From NCBI GenBank assembly GCA_002436185.1, contig DJKX01000049.1:14088-78087 (forward strand): DNA of 64,000 nucleotides, written 5' to 3'. The notes beneath the pieces are model-generated. The model was not told where the DNA came from and did not search any database. It worked only from the letters and a program-made list of their open reading frames with translations. Both the position numbers and the translations under genes were made by a program. Origin of the DNA: Fidelibacterota bacterium UBA6531. GTDB lineage: Bacteria; Fidelibacterota; Marinisomatia; Marinisomatales; TCS55. This document shows positions 6,920-15,757 of the stretch, one piece after another (the first letter of the stretch is position 1; every line of letters starts with the position of its first letter).

Positions 6920-7852
6920 ATGATTACAGATATTAACAGACTTTCAGGCCTTCAAAAGGCAGCAATACTGTTCTCTGTTTTAGGAGAAGGCCTTGCGCTA
7001 ACACTGGTAAAAGAATTGTCTAAAACAGATATACGCAAAGTAAGAGCCTCTATGCGCGAGTTAGACAATGTATCTTTTGCCGTTAAGAAAAGAGTGATGG
7101 AAGAATTTTACTTCAGTTTTGTAAGTGAAAAATTTCATGAGGAAGAATCAGATGAACCTAAAAAACCGTTTAATTTTTTAGAGGAAATAACCGATGAACA
7201 ACTTATTGCACTGGTTAAACCGGAAGCTGATTCAGTAGCAGCGATTGCTTTGGCTCAAATATCGGGTGAACGCCGCAATAAAATAATGAGCCGCTTACCC
7301 TCTGAATCAAAAGGGAACATCATTATGGAAATGGGTAATTTGAATGAAATTCCCTTGGAAGCCATTGTTAATGTGGCAAATGATCTTCATAAGAAATCAA
7401 AATTTCTACCCAAAACAATTGCATTCTCCCGTGGTGGAGGAAAAGATGTTGCAGAAATTTTGGGCGGTTTAAGCTCCGATGAAGAAACTCAATTTCTCGA
7501 AAATATTTCCAGAGAAAACCCGGATCTTGCTGCAGAAGTAAAAAAGTATCACCTAACATGGGATGTTTTGTTTGAAATTTTGCCAGACAGTACAATACGT
7601 GATTTGATGAATTCTGTTGAGTTAGATACTATTGCACTGGCCCTAAAAGGAATGCCGGAAGACATTGTAAATCGAGTAATTGAAAACTTGCCAAAGAAGA
7701 AACAGGCTATGTTTGAACCGGTTGAAGGTGCCGTTGCAAAGAGAGAAGTGGACGGCGCTCGCAAAGATATTGTTGCTGCTGCCAGACAATTGGAAAAAGA
7801 TGGAGCCTTCAATCTGGCAGACTTGGTTGGCGGCGGAGAAATGGTAGAATAA
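6920..7852 (+). CDS. fliG: FliG-like rotor/switch protein (N, middle and C domains present)
   Basis: 310 aa. The N-domain is LSGLQKAAILFSVLGEGLALTLVKELSKTDIRKV. The middle domain is ITDEQLIALVKPEADSVAAIALAQISGERRNKIMSRLP...IIMEMGNL. The C-domain is VLFEILPDSTIRDLMNSVELDTIALALKGMPEDIVNRVIENLPKKKQAMF...EVDGARKDIVAAARQLEKDGAF. This matches the FliG_N/M/C layout and the FliG C-terminal signature. Confidence 0.8.
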   Translation: MITDINRLSGLQKAAILFSVLGEGLALTLVKELSKTDIRKVRASMRELDNVSFAVKKRVMEEFYFSFVSEKFHEEESDEPKKPFNFLEEITDEQLIALVKPEADSVAAIALAQISGERRNKIMSRLPSESKGNIIMEMGNLNEIPLEAIVNVANDLHKKSKFLPKTIAFSRGGGKDVAEILGGLSSDEETQFLENISRENPDLAAEVKKYHLTWDVLFEILPDSTIRDLMNSVELDTIALALKGMPEDIVNRVIENLPKKKQAMFEPVEGAVAKREVDGARKDIVAAARQLEKDGAFNLADLVGGGEMVE

Positions 7853-7882
7853 CCCAAATAATAATCGACCGTTTTTTAATAA

Positions 7883-7917
7883 ACAGCCTTCGCTAATTGA
7901 GAAGGCTGTTTTATTTT
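7883..7917 (+). terminator. Rho-independent terminator closing the 250-7852 operon
   Basis: ACAGCCTTC (7883-7891), 9-nt loop, GAAGGCTGT (7901-7909), then TTTATTTT. It forms a perfect 9-bp stem 30 nt after the fliG stop. Confidence 0.8.
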
Positions 7918-7924
7918 CAACGCT

Positions 7925-9457
7925 ATGTTTCGACCCATTCGAATACTTATTCTTTCATTATTATTTCTCGGCTGTGTTAAGGAAATTGATTATAAAACGC
8001 TGACCACAGCATTTTCCACTGACATCCGAGGGTTTGATCCTGCTTTTGCCACTGACATAAGAACAGGTAAAATTATATCACTTGTTTATGATAATTTAGT
8101 GCGATTTGACAATGAAATGAATTTAGTGCCAGCATTGACTCAACGATGGTCAGTTGATCTATCTGGGAGACAATATACCTTTATAATTAGAAACAACGTC
8201 CATTTTCATGATGGTTCTTTATTGACAGTTTTTGATATTGCCAAATCATTTCAGAGAATTTTAGACCCTAACACGGCCTCTACTCAAACATGGTTATTGG
8301 ATCGCATAACCGGTGCAAAAGATTTTATGACCGGTAAAGAAGATTCTTTAAAAGGGTTAATAATCTCTAATGATTCAACAATCGTAATAAAGCTGGACAA
8401 ACCTTTCGCGCCCTTCATTCAATATTTAGCTATGCCTGCAGCAGCGATAATTAATATAAAGGAAAACGAATCGTTAACTCAAACACCTAGCGGTTCAGGT
8501 CCTTGGAAATTGGAACGGTGGGAAAGAGATGGCGAAATAATATTCTCCCGAAATGAAAAATATTGGGACAATCATCCCAAAACAGAAAGAATGCGTATAC
8601 GTATTCTTTCTGAAGTCATGACACAATCTGCAGAATTTGAAGCAGGGTCACTCGATATTTTAGAAGTGCCCCAAGGTGAAATGGAGTACTGGAAACAATA
8701 TAGCTACAATCAACTAGATGTAGATGAATTGAATATCTGGTATATTGGAATGAATTGCTCACGACCACCTTTTAATGATATGCGTTTGCGCCGGGCCATG
8801 AATTACGCAATAGATAGAGAAAAAATAATTCACATACTATTAAACAACTCGGCTACATTGGCCAACGGTCCTCTTCCTCCCCAGTTATTACATGAAGCTG
8901 GTGAGATGCATTATGAATACAATCCTAATCGAGCAATTCAATTACTGAAAGAAGCCGGATTTGATAATGACCTGCATACAGAATTGTACGTAGCGGGTGG
9001 ATCAGGAATGTTTCATGTATTGGAAGCATTACAATCCGATTGGGAAAAAGTTGGCATTACCGTTGATATTAAACGCAGCGACTGGAATGTATTCAAAACG
9101 TCCGTCAGGGAAGGAAAGCCCGACCTTTATTATTTGGACTGGTTTGCAGATTATCCCGATGGAGAGAATTTTTTATATCCATTGTTTCACAGCAAGGAAT
9201 CAATGACAAAACGTAATCGGTTTTCCGATCCAGAAATAGATGTAATTATAGAAAAAATCCAACAGTTAACGAATAGCGTCGAACGGCAACAATTGATAGC
9301 AACAGCAAATATGATGGTTGCGGATGCAGCCCCCTGGGTATTTTTATGGCACAGCAAAACAACATATTTGACCCGGGAATGGATATCAGGATTTCAGCCG
9401 TCTTCGATTTTTAATGCAAACCGTTACATGAATATCACCAAAGATCTTCCTCGATGA
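7925..9457 (+). CDS. ABC transporter substrate-binding protein, family 5 (peptide/nickel, Opp/Dpp/Gsi-like), probable lipoprotein
   Basis: 510 aa with a lipobox-like LLFLGC near the N-terminus. Its length and motifs are typical of SBP family 5 (LVRFDNEMNLVPALTQRW..., YTFIIRNNVHFHDG, YYLDWFADYPD). Confidence 0.8.
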   Translation: MFRPIRILILSLLFLGCVKEIDYKTLTTAFSTDIRGFDPAFATDIRTGKIISLVYDNLVRFDNEMNLVPALTQRWSVDLSGRQYTFIIRNNVHFHDGSLLTVFDIAKSFQRILDPNTASTQTWLLDRITGAKDFMTGKEDSLKGLIISNDSTIVIKLDKPFAPFIQYLAMPAAAIINIKENESLTQTPSGSGPWKLERWERDGEIIFSRNEKYWDNHPKTERMRIRILSEVMTQSAEFEAGSLDILEVPQGEMEYWKQYSYNQLDVDELNIWYIGMNCSRPPFNDMRLRRAMNYAIDREKIIHILLNNSATLANGPLPPQLLHEAGEMHYEYNPNRAIQLLKEAGFDNDLHTELYVAGGSGMFHVLEALQSDWEKVGITVDIKRSDWNVFKTSVREGKPDLYYLDWFADYPDGENFLYPLFHSKESMTKRNRFSDPEIDVIIEKIQQLTNSVERQQLIATANMMVADAAPWVFLWHSKTTYLTREWISGFQPSSIFNANRYMNITKDLPR

Positions 9458-10386
9458 TTCAATATTTCCTAAACAGACTCCTGCAAACCATTCCGGTTTT
9501 ATTCGGTGTTATTGTAATTACGTTTGTCTTGATGTATATCATCCCTGGCGATCCCGTCGTTTCTATGGTTGGAGAACGTTACAACGAAGAAACTATTCAG
9601 CGTCTGCGCGAGGATATGCATTTAGACGACCCTTTGTTCATCCAGTTTTTTCGATATGTAGGAAATGTTTTTCGTGGAAATTTTGGCAATTCGTTTATTA
9701 CAGGCGAACCTGTTATAAATCTAATAATGGAAAAATTTCCCAACACCATGATGCTGGCTGTGGGTGCCATGTTTTTTGCCATACTCTTTGGTCTAACGGC
9801 TGGAATTTTAACATCTATTCGACCGGGAAGTTTTATTGATCGAGGCATAATGGTTTTGGCTCTTGCGGGTATTTCTGCGCCGGTATTTTGGGTAGGATTG
9901 ATCCTCATTTTGGTGGTGGGCGTGATGTTGCGCTGGTTACCTCCTACAGGTTTTGGCGGAATAGAATATCTTATTTTGCCTGCTCTAACGCTCGGACTTA
10001 GATCGGCTGCTTATCTGGCTCGTTTAACGCGAGCAACAATGTTGGATGTTATGAGTCAGGATTATATCCGTACCGCTCGCTCCAAAAAGCTATCGGAATG
10101 GAAAATATATTTACAGCATGCATTTCCAAATACGTTGATTCCGGTTATTACAGTTATTGGCACAGATTTTGGCAGTTATTTATCAGGCGCTGTGCTGACG
10201 GAATCTATTTTTGGTTGGCCCGGGATTGGGCGCTTGGCATTGGAAGCCATTATGAAAAGAGATTTTCCTGTCATTCAAGGAACAGTGCTTTTTATGGCAA
10301 TCATGTTTGTGTTAATGAATGTATTGGTGGATATGTTATATGGCGTTGTTGATCCAAGAATTCGACTTGAAAGATCTGGAAAATGA
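9454..10386 (+). CDS. ABC transporter permease (DppB/OppB-like)
   Basis: 310 aa with a 4-nt overlap with the SBP gene. Multi-TM protein with N-terminal FLNRLLQTIPVLFGVIVITF and C-terminal LVDMLYGVVDPRIR, both characteristic of DppB/OppB permeases. Confidence 0.85.
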   Translation: MIQYFLNRLLQTIPVLFGVIVITFVLMYIIPGDPVVSMVGERYNEETIQRLREDMHLDDPLFIQFFRYVGNVFRGNFGNSFITGEPVINLIMEKFPNTMMLAVGAMFFAILFGLTAGILTSIRPGSFIDRGIMVLALAGISAPVFWVGLILILVVGVMLRWLPPTGFGGIEYLILPALTLGLRSAAYLARLTRATMLDVMSQDYIRTARSKKLSEWKIYLQHAFPNTLIPVITVIGTDFGSYLSGAVLTESIFGWPGIGRLALEAIMKRDFPVIQGTVLFMAIMFVLMNVLVDMLYGVVDPRIRLERSGK

Positions 10387-11390
10387 TAGTAAATAGAACA
10401 TTGAAAGATCCAGGAATTATTTTAGGAATATCATTTGTATTGATTATTGTAGTGCTTGGAATTTTTGCTCCTTGGCTTGCTCCAAGAAACCCAAATGATC
10501 AAATACTGGAATTCCGACACAAACCACCAGGATTTGCAGGCAATATTATTAACTATAGATTAGCGCAAGACTTGCCAGAAACGTCTATGGCTTTACAGAA
10601 TGCCTTTGTTGAAGATAATACAGCTATTATTGTTGATGTATTGAACAGAGAACACAGAATTTTGTTGAAAAACATTTCAGGAGAGAGCTTGACTACTGGA
10701 AAAGAAACAGTCACCTTTTGGTTAGGAACGGATCAATTTGGGCGGGATATATTATCCAGGATAATTTATGGAGCGAGAATATCGTTGATGGTTGGTTTCA
10801 CTGCCAGTTTAATTGCGCTGTCAATTGGTGTTTTGTTAGGAGCACTGTCTGGCATCAACGGCGGGAAAATAGATACAATTATAATGCGTTTCACCGATGT
10901 TATGTTTGGTTTTCCCACATTACTTTTTCTTATAGGGATTACTGCTGCATTGGAACCAAGCCTAAATGTTGTGTTTCTTGCTGTCGGACTCGTTACATGG
11001 CCGGGGATGGCGCGGTTGGTTCGAGGACAAGTTTTACAGTTGAAAGAACAGGAATACATTCAATCAGCAAAAACCTTGGGTATTAGTAAACGAACAATTC
11101 TTATACGACATATTTTACCTAATAGTTTAGCTCCTATAATTGTTACTTTTACTTTAGGAATTGCCGGAGCTATCATGGCAGAGGCCAGTTTGTCCTTTTT
11201 GGGATTAGGGGCTCAACCACCCACACCTAGTTGGGGGGCTATGATTAATAATAGTAAAGATTTCTTACGCATTGCACCATGGTCATCTCTGGCACCGGGG
11301 ATGGCAATTGCGATTGCCGTGTTAGGCTTTAATTTGTTGGGCGACAGCATCAGAGATTTATTAGATCCCAAAATGAGAACAGAAAGGTAA
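10383..11390 (+). CDS. ABC transporter permease (DppC/OppC-like)
   Basis: 335 aa with a 4-nt overlap upstream. Contains the LGTDQFGRDILSRIIYGARISL motif, multiple TM segments, and C-terminal LLGDSIRDLLDPK. Confidence 0.85.
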   Translation: MIVNRTLKDPGIILGISFVLIIVVLGIFAPWLAPRNPNDQILEFRHKPPGFAGNIINYRLAQDLPETSMALQNAFVEDNTAIIVDVLNREHRILLKNISGESLTTGKETVTFWLGTDQFGRDILSRIIYGARISLMVGFTASLIALSIGVLLGALSGINGGKIDTIIMRFTDVMFGFPTLLFLIGITAALEPSLNVVFLAVGLVTWPGMARLVRGQVLQLKEQEYIQSAKTLGISKRTILIRHILPNSLAPIIVTFTLGIAGAIMAEASLSFLGLGAQPPTPSWGAMINNSKDFLRIAPWSSLAPGMAIAIAVLGFNLLGDSIRDLLDPKMRTER

Positions 11391-11393
11391 AAA

Positions 11394-12689
11394 TTGAATA
11401 CTCTTGTTGATCAAATAGAAGCACATATTCTTTCTGGATGCACAAATAATCAAAAGCGGGCTATTGGGACTGAAATTGAAACCATACTATATAATAGTAA
11501 TGGCGAAAGGATTTCTGTAGATCGCGGCGCTGAATATTCAGCAACCGATTTAATAGAGGATATAGAAGACATAAATACATTTGTTACCTGTTCATTGGAA
11601 CCGGGCGGTCAGGTGGAGTGGGCTTCACGACCGGCATTTAATATCCATGATATTCACAAAGAATGGAATGATATTCAAACCATTTTAAAAAGGGCGTGTA
11701 TAGACAATAAACTTACAATTGTTGATTTAGCATTAGATCCAATTTATAGCCCTAACGACATAAAACTTATTAATCATCGAAAGTATCAATTAATGAACGA
11801 CCGTTTTTTGACAACAGGAAAACACGGTCAATGGATGATGCGTAATTCTGCCAGTGTGCAGGTGAATCTTGATCTGGTGGATAAACAGGATGCAGAAGAA
11901 TGCGGATTCATTGCTGATTGTATAAGTCCACTCGCAGCTATTTTATTTTCTAATGCGCCTTTTAAGAATAGTCGCCCCAATGGTTATGAAAATATACGGT
12001 ATCGTATTTGGGAAGACACAGATCCGGCAAGATGTGGTCATTTTCTGGATCACGGCATCCAAGGAGCCGATGGATTATTAAACCAATTTTGTCACTATAT
12101 TTTGGATGTGCCGGTTATTTATACAACACCGGATAAAAATGACCATGTAGGATTTTATGATGGGACTATTAAACAATGGCTGGAAAGCACAACTGAAAAC
12201 AATGAACTTAATTCAGAGGATATTAAAACAGCGCTCCATCAGATTTTTACTCATGGACGTTATAAAACGGTTCTTGAAATTCGTTCAACTGATCGCCCAC
12301 CAAAAGGATATGAATTTGCACCTATTGCCTTTTGGCAGGCTTTGATGGAACAAGGAAAAACGCGTGATACATTATTAGGAAAGATTAGCAACTGGTCTCT
12401 ATCTGAACGAATGGAAATAAATTTAAAAGCTTCCACACTGAATATGAATCAGTTAGGGCCGAATAATAAAACAATTCTTCAATGGTTTGAATGGTTAGCG
12501 GAATTAGTATATGATAGCTTGGATAATCGAGCGTCTGCATTGGATATTGAATCAGAAAAAATATATATTGAACCTTTTTTTGAAAGAGTATTATCCAATG
12601 GAGTATTTACATTACAATCTCAAGAACGGTTTGCAAAAAAAGAAATCCCTATAAAAGAATTTATTATGAAGAAAAATGCAATTATTTAG
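11394..12689 (+). CDS. Glutamate-cysteine ligase family protein (GCS2 / plant-type gamma-glutamylcysteine synthetase-like)
   Basis: 431 aa, TTG start 3 nt after the permease stop. IGTEIETILYN, SLEPGGQVEWASRP and NSASVQVNLDL resemble conserved blocks of GCS2/EgtA/plant GshA-type ligases. The family call is by eye. Confidence 0.6.
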   Translation: MNTLVDQIEAHILSGCTNNQKRAIGTEIETILYNSNGERISVDRGAEYSATDLIEDIEDINTFVTCSLEPGGQVEWASRPAFNIHDIHKEWNDIQTILKRACIDNKLTIVDLALDPIYSPNDIKLINHRKYQLMNDRFLTTGKHGQWMMRNSASVQVNLDLVDKQDAEECGFIADCISPLAAILFSNAPFKNSRPNGYENIRYRIWEDTDPARCGHFLDHGIQGADGLLNQFCHYILDVPVIYTTPDKNDHVGFYDGTIKQWLESTTENNELNSEDIKTALHQIFTHGRYKTVLEIRSTDRPPKGYEFAPIAFWQALMEQGKTRDTLLGKISNWSLSERMEINLKASTLNMNQLGPNNKTILQWFEWLAELVYDSLDNRASALDIESEKIYIEPFFERVLSNGVFTLQSQERFAKKEIPIKEFIMKKNAII

Positions 12690-13092
12690 TCTGGAACATA
12701 TCCATAACCAAGTTATTCATTTTCCAATTGCACTGTTATCAGCAAGCGTGTTATTTGATCTTATTGGTTTTTATTCCGACAACAAAAAGATGTATTCAAC
12801 TTCTTGGTATTTGTTAATACTTGGGACACTGTCTACCATGTCAGCCGTGTTAACCGGTTTTATTGCTGATAAAACTCAAGGCCATATGTCCGAACCGTTC
12901 CCTATTTTCACAACACATGGTTCAACACAAATTTTCGCCAGCTTACTACTTCTTTCACTTCTTATCTGGCGTTATGTAAACAATCAAACGGAAACAAAAC
13001 CCACTTTTGTATATTTAGTTGTCAGTATAGCCGGTATTTTAATACTGTTTTATGGTGGACACTTAGGGGCTGTCATTGCAGGCCGAATATAA
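12676..13092 (+). CDS. DUF2231-like small membrane protein
   Basis: 138 aa with four hydrophobic segments. N-terminal HNQVIHFPIALLSASVLFDLIGF is typical of DUF2231. The start overlaps the end of the preceding CDS by 14 nt. Confidence 0.6.
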   Translation: MQLFSLEHIHNQVIHFPIALLSASVLFDLIGFYSDNKKMYSTSWYLLILGTLSTMSAVLTGFIADKTQGHMSEPFPIFTTHGSTQIFASLLLLSLLIWRYVNNQTETKPTFVYLVVSIAGILILFYGGHLGAVIAGRI

Positions 13093-13181
13093 ATGACACC
13101 GATAAACCTTTCGACACTAAGCGCACATGTTTTAATTTGTATACATAATAAAATCATATTCCAAGATCTTTTTAACCTTTC

Positions 13182-13847
13182 ATGGGCTGGTATTCTACTT
13201 TAATAAAATCTTCCGTTGGTAAAAAAGCCGTTATGGCGTTGAGCGGTTTATTGTTATGCGTATATCTTGTTATTCATTTAGTAGGCAATCTTATGCTTTT
13301 TGCTGGACCTGAAATTTTTAACAGTTATGTGGAAGCATTGTCATCAGTTAAACCGCTAGTACGAGCAATTGAAGTAATATTAGTTGGTTTATTTTTTACT
13401 CACATTTTATTAAGCATTAAACTGACAAGAGGCAATGTTACATCAACTGCTGTTAAATATGATTTGAATAAAGCAGGTGATAATTCCGGTTATTTCTCAA
13501 GAAATATGGGCCTTACTGGAAGCGTCCTTTTTATATTTTTAGTTACTCATTTATCTACCATTTGGTATCAGTTTCAAACCCAACATGATTCAGGGAATTT
13601 TTATGGTATTGTTGTTGGAGAAACAGTCGGTTTCGGAAATCCATATATAACAATATTATATTGTTTTGCCATGGTATTGTTGGGTTTTCATTTACATCAT
13701 GGATTTCAATCTGCCTTTCAATCCTTTGGCATTAGATATAATAAATACAGTGGGCTTATTGAAGCAGTGGCTGTGTTTTTCTGGCTAATTATTCCGGCAG
13801 GTTTTTTATCAATTGCACTTTTTTTTGGAATAATTGGAACCGGCTAA
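13182..13847 (+). CDS. sdhC: Succinate dehydrogenase/fumarate reductase cytochrome b subunit (single-subunit, b558 type)
   Basis: 221 aa with five hydrophobic segments carrying spaced His residues (IHLVGN, FTHILL, VTHLST, FHLHHGF). It sits immediately upstream of sdhA (ATG overlaps the TAA at 13847). Confidence 0.8.
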   Translation: MGWYSTLIKSSVGKKAVMALSGLLLCVYLVIHLVGNLMLFAGPEIFNSYVEALSSVKPLVRAIEVILVGLFFTHILLSIKLTRGNVTSTAVKYDLNKAGDNSGYFSRNMGLTGSVLFIFLVTHLSTIWYQFQTQHDSGNFYGIVVGETVGFGNPYITILYCFAMVLLGFHLHHGFQSAFQSFGIRYNKYSGLIEAVAVFFWLIIPAGFLSIALFFGIIGTG

Positions 13848-15757
13848 TGCTGAATAACAAAATACCAAGCGGACCCCTTGCAGAAAAATGGACACATCAT
13901 AAATTTTCTTCAAAACTGGTTAATCCATCCAATAAACGAAAATATGATATTATTATTGTTGGTACAGGATTAGCGGGAGCATCTGCTGCTGCATCGCTGG
14001 CGGAACTTGGATATAACGTTCAGGCATTTTCTTACCACGAATCTCCCCGAAGAGCCCACAGTATAGCAGCACAAGGAGGAATTAACGCAGCAAAAAACTA
14101 TCCAAATGATAGCGATAGTATTTACAGACTTTTTTATGATACCATAAAAGGCGGAGATTACCGTTCAAGAGAAGCCAATGTATATCGATTAGCAGAAGTG
14201 AGTAATAATATAATTGACCAATGTGTAGCTCAAGGCATTCCCTTTGCCAGAGAATATGGGGGCTTATTAGACAATCGGTCTTTTGGAGGAGCACAGGTTT
14301 CCAGAACCTTTTATGCTCGTGGTCAAACCGGCCAACAGTTGTTATTAGGAGCCTATTCTGCTTTAGTGCGTCAAATGAATAGAGGACAAGTGAAATTTCA
14401 TCCGAGACATGAAATGCTCGACTTGGTATTGATTGATGGCGAAGCAAAAGGAATTGTAACGCGAAATCTCATTACAGGTGAGATTCAATCTCATTCTGCA
14501 AACGCAGTTGTATTAGCAACTGGTGGGTACGGAAATGCTTTTTTTCTTTCAACAAACGCCATGGCAAGCAACGCAACAGCAGCATGGAGAGCTCATAAGA
14601 AAGGAGCCTTTTTTGCTAATCCGTGTATAACGCAAATTCATCCAACATGTATACCCGTTGCAAGCGGCCATCAATCTAAATTGACATTAATGAGCGAAAG
14701 CTTAAGGAATGATGGTAGAGTTTGGGTTCCTAAAAAGAAAGGAGACAAACGTCATCCATCTGAAATTACTGAAGATGAGCGGGATTATTATTTGGAACGT
14801 CTTTACCCTTCGTTTGGTAATCTTGTACCTCGCGATGTAGCGTCTCGCCGAGCAAAAGAAATGTGCGATTTGGGACATGGAGTGGGCGAAACAGGATTAG
14901 CTGTATTTCTGGATTTTGCAGATGCAATTGAACGAATGGGGAAAGATGTTGTCGTTCAAAAATATGGTAACCTTTTTGATATGTATAAACAAATTACCGG
15001 TGAAGACCCCTATGAAATTCCAATGCGAATTTACCCGGCTGTTCATTATACTATGGGTGGTCTTTGGGTGGATTACAATCTTATGAGTACCATTCCCGGT
15101 TTATATATTCTTGGTGAAGCAAACTTTTCTGATCATGGAGCAAATCGCCTTGGAGCCTCTGCATTGATGCAGGGACTGGCCGATGGTTATTTTATATTAC
15201 CTTATACTATAGGTGATTATTTATCCGGGAAACTTGGCGAAGTTGTTTCAATAGAAAACGAAGCATTTTCAAAAACAGAATCAGATGTAAAAAATAGGAT
15301 TAATAATCTTATTTCAATAAATGGGAATAGAACAGTGGATGATATACACAAAGAACTAGGACTTATTCTGTGGGAAAATGTTGGTATGGCTAGAAATAAA
15401 TCCGGACTGGAAAAAGCAATTGATTCCATCCCAAAACTCAAGGATGAATTTTGGAGCAATGTTAAAGTAACAGGTGTGGCAGATGAACTGAACCCTGAAC
15501 TGGAAAAAGCAGGCAGAGTAGCAGATTTTCTAGAACTTGGCGAATTGATGGCCAGAGATGCTTTAAATCGAGAAGAATCATGCGGTGGACATTTTCGAGA
15601 AGAACATCAAACGGAAGAAAACGAAGCAAAACGAAACGATAAAGATTTCTCATTTGTTGCCGCTTGGGAACACAAAGGAAACAATCTCCCTGCCGAACTT
15701 CACAAAGAAAAATTGATCTTTGAAAACGTTGAATTAACCACAAGGAGTTATAAGTAG
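13847..15757 (+). CDS. sdhA: Succinate dehydrogenase/fumarate reductase flavoprotein subunit
   Basis: 636 aa. Contains the FAD fold [13 protein letters not shown], the covalent-FAD His context [24 protein letters not shown] and [12 protein letters not shown]. Confidence 0.95.
   Translation: MLNNKIPSGPLAEKWTHHKFSSKLVNPSNKRKYDIIIVGTGLAGASAAASLAELGYNVQAFSYHESPRRAHSIAAQGGINAAKNYPNDSDSIYRLFYDTIKGGDYRSREANVYRLAEVSNNIIDQCVAQGIPFAREYGGLLDNRSFGGAQVSRTFYARGQTGQQLLLGAYSALVRQMNRGQVKFHPRHEMLDLVLIDGEAKGIVTRNLITGEIQSHSANAVVLATGGYGNAFFLSTNAMASNATAAWRAHKKGAFFANPCITQIHPTCIPVASGHQSKLTLMSESLRNDGRVWVPKKKGDKRHPSEITEDERDYYLERLYPSFGNLVPRDVASRRAKEMCDLGHGVGETGLAVFLDFADAIERMGKDVVVQKYGNLFDMYKQITGEDPYEIPMRIYPAVHYTMGGLWVDYNLMSTIPGLYILGEANFSDHGANRLGASALMQGLADGYFILPYTIGDYLSGKLGEVVSIENEAFSKTESDVKNRINNLISINGNRTVDDIHKELGLILWENVGMARNKSGLEKAIDSIPKLKDEFWSNVKVTGVADELNPELEKAGRVADFLELGELMARDALNREESCGGHFREEHQTEENEAKRNDKDFSFVAAWEHKGNNLPAELHKEKLIFENVELTTRSYK

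Noticed and set aside
6658-6921. 87-aa minus-strand ORF starting MALPYFFFFFFFFFFL
   Set aside because: The poly-Phe run is simply the reverse complement of the poly-Lys (AAA/AAG) tail of the FliF-like CDS. Nothing independently supports it.
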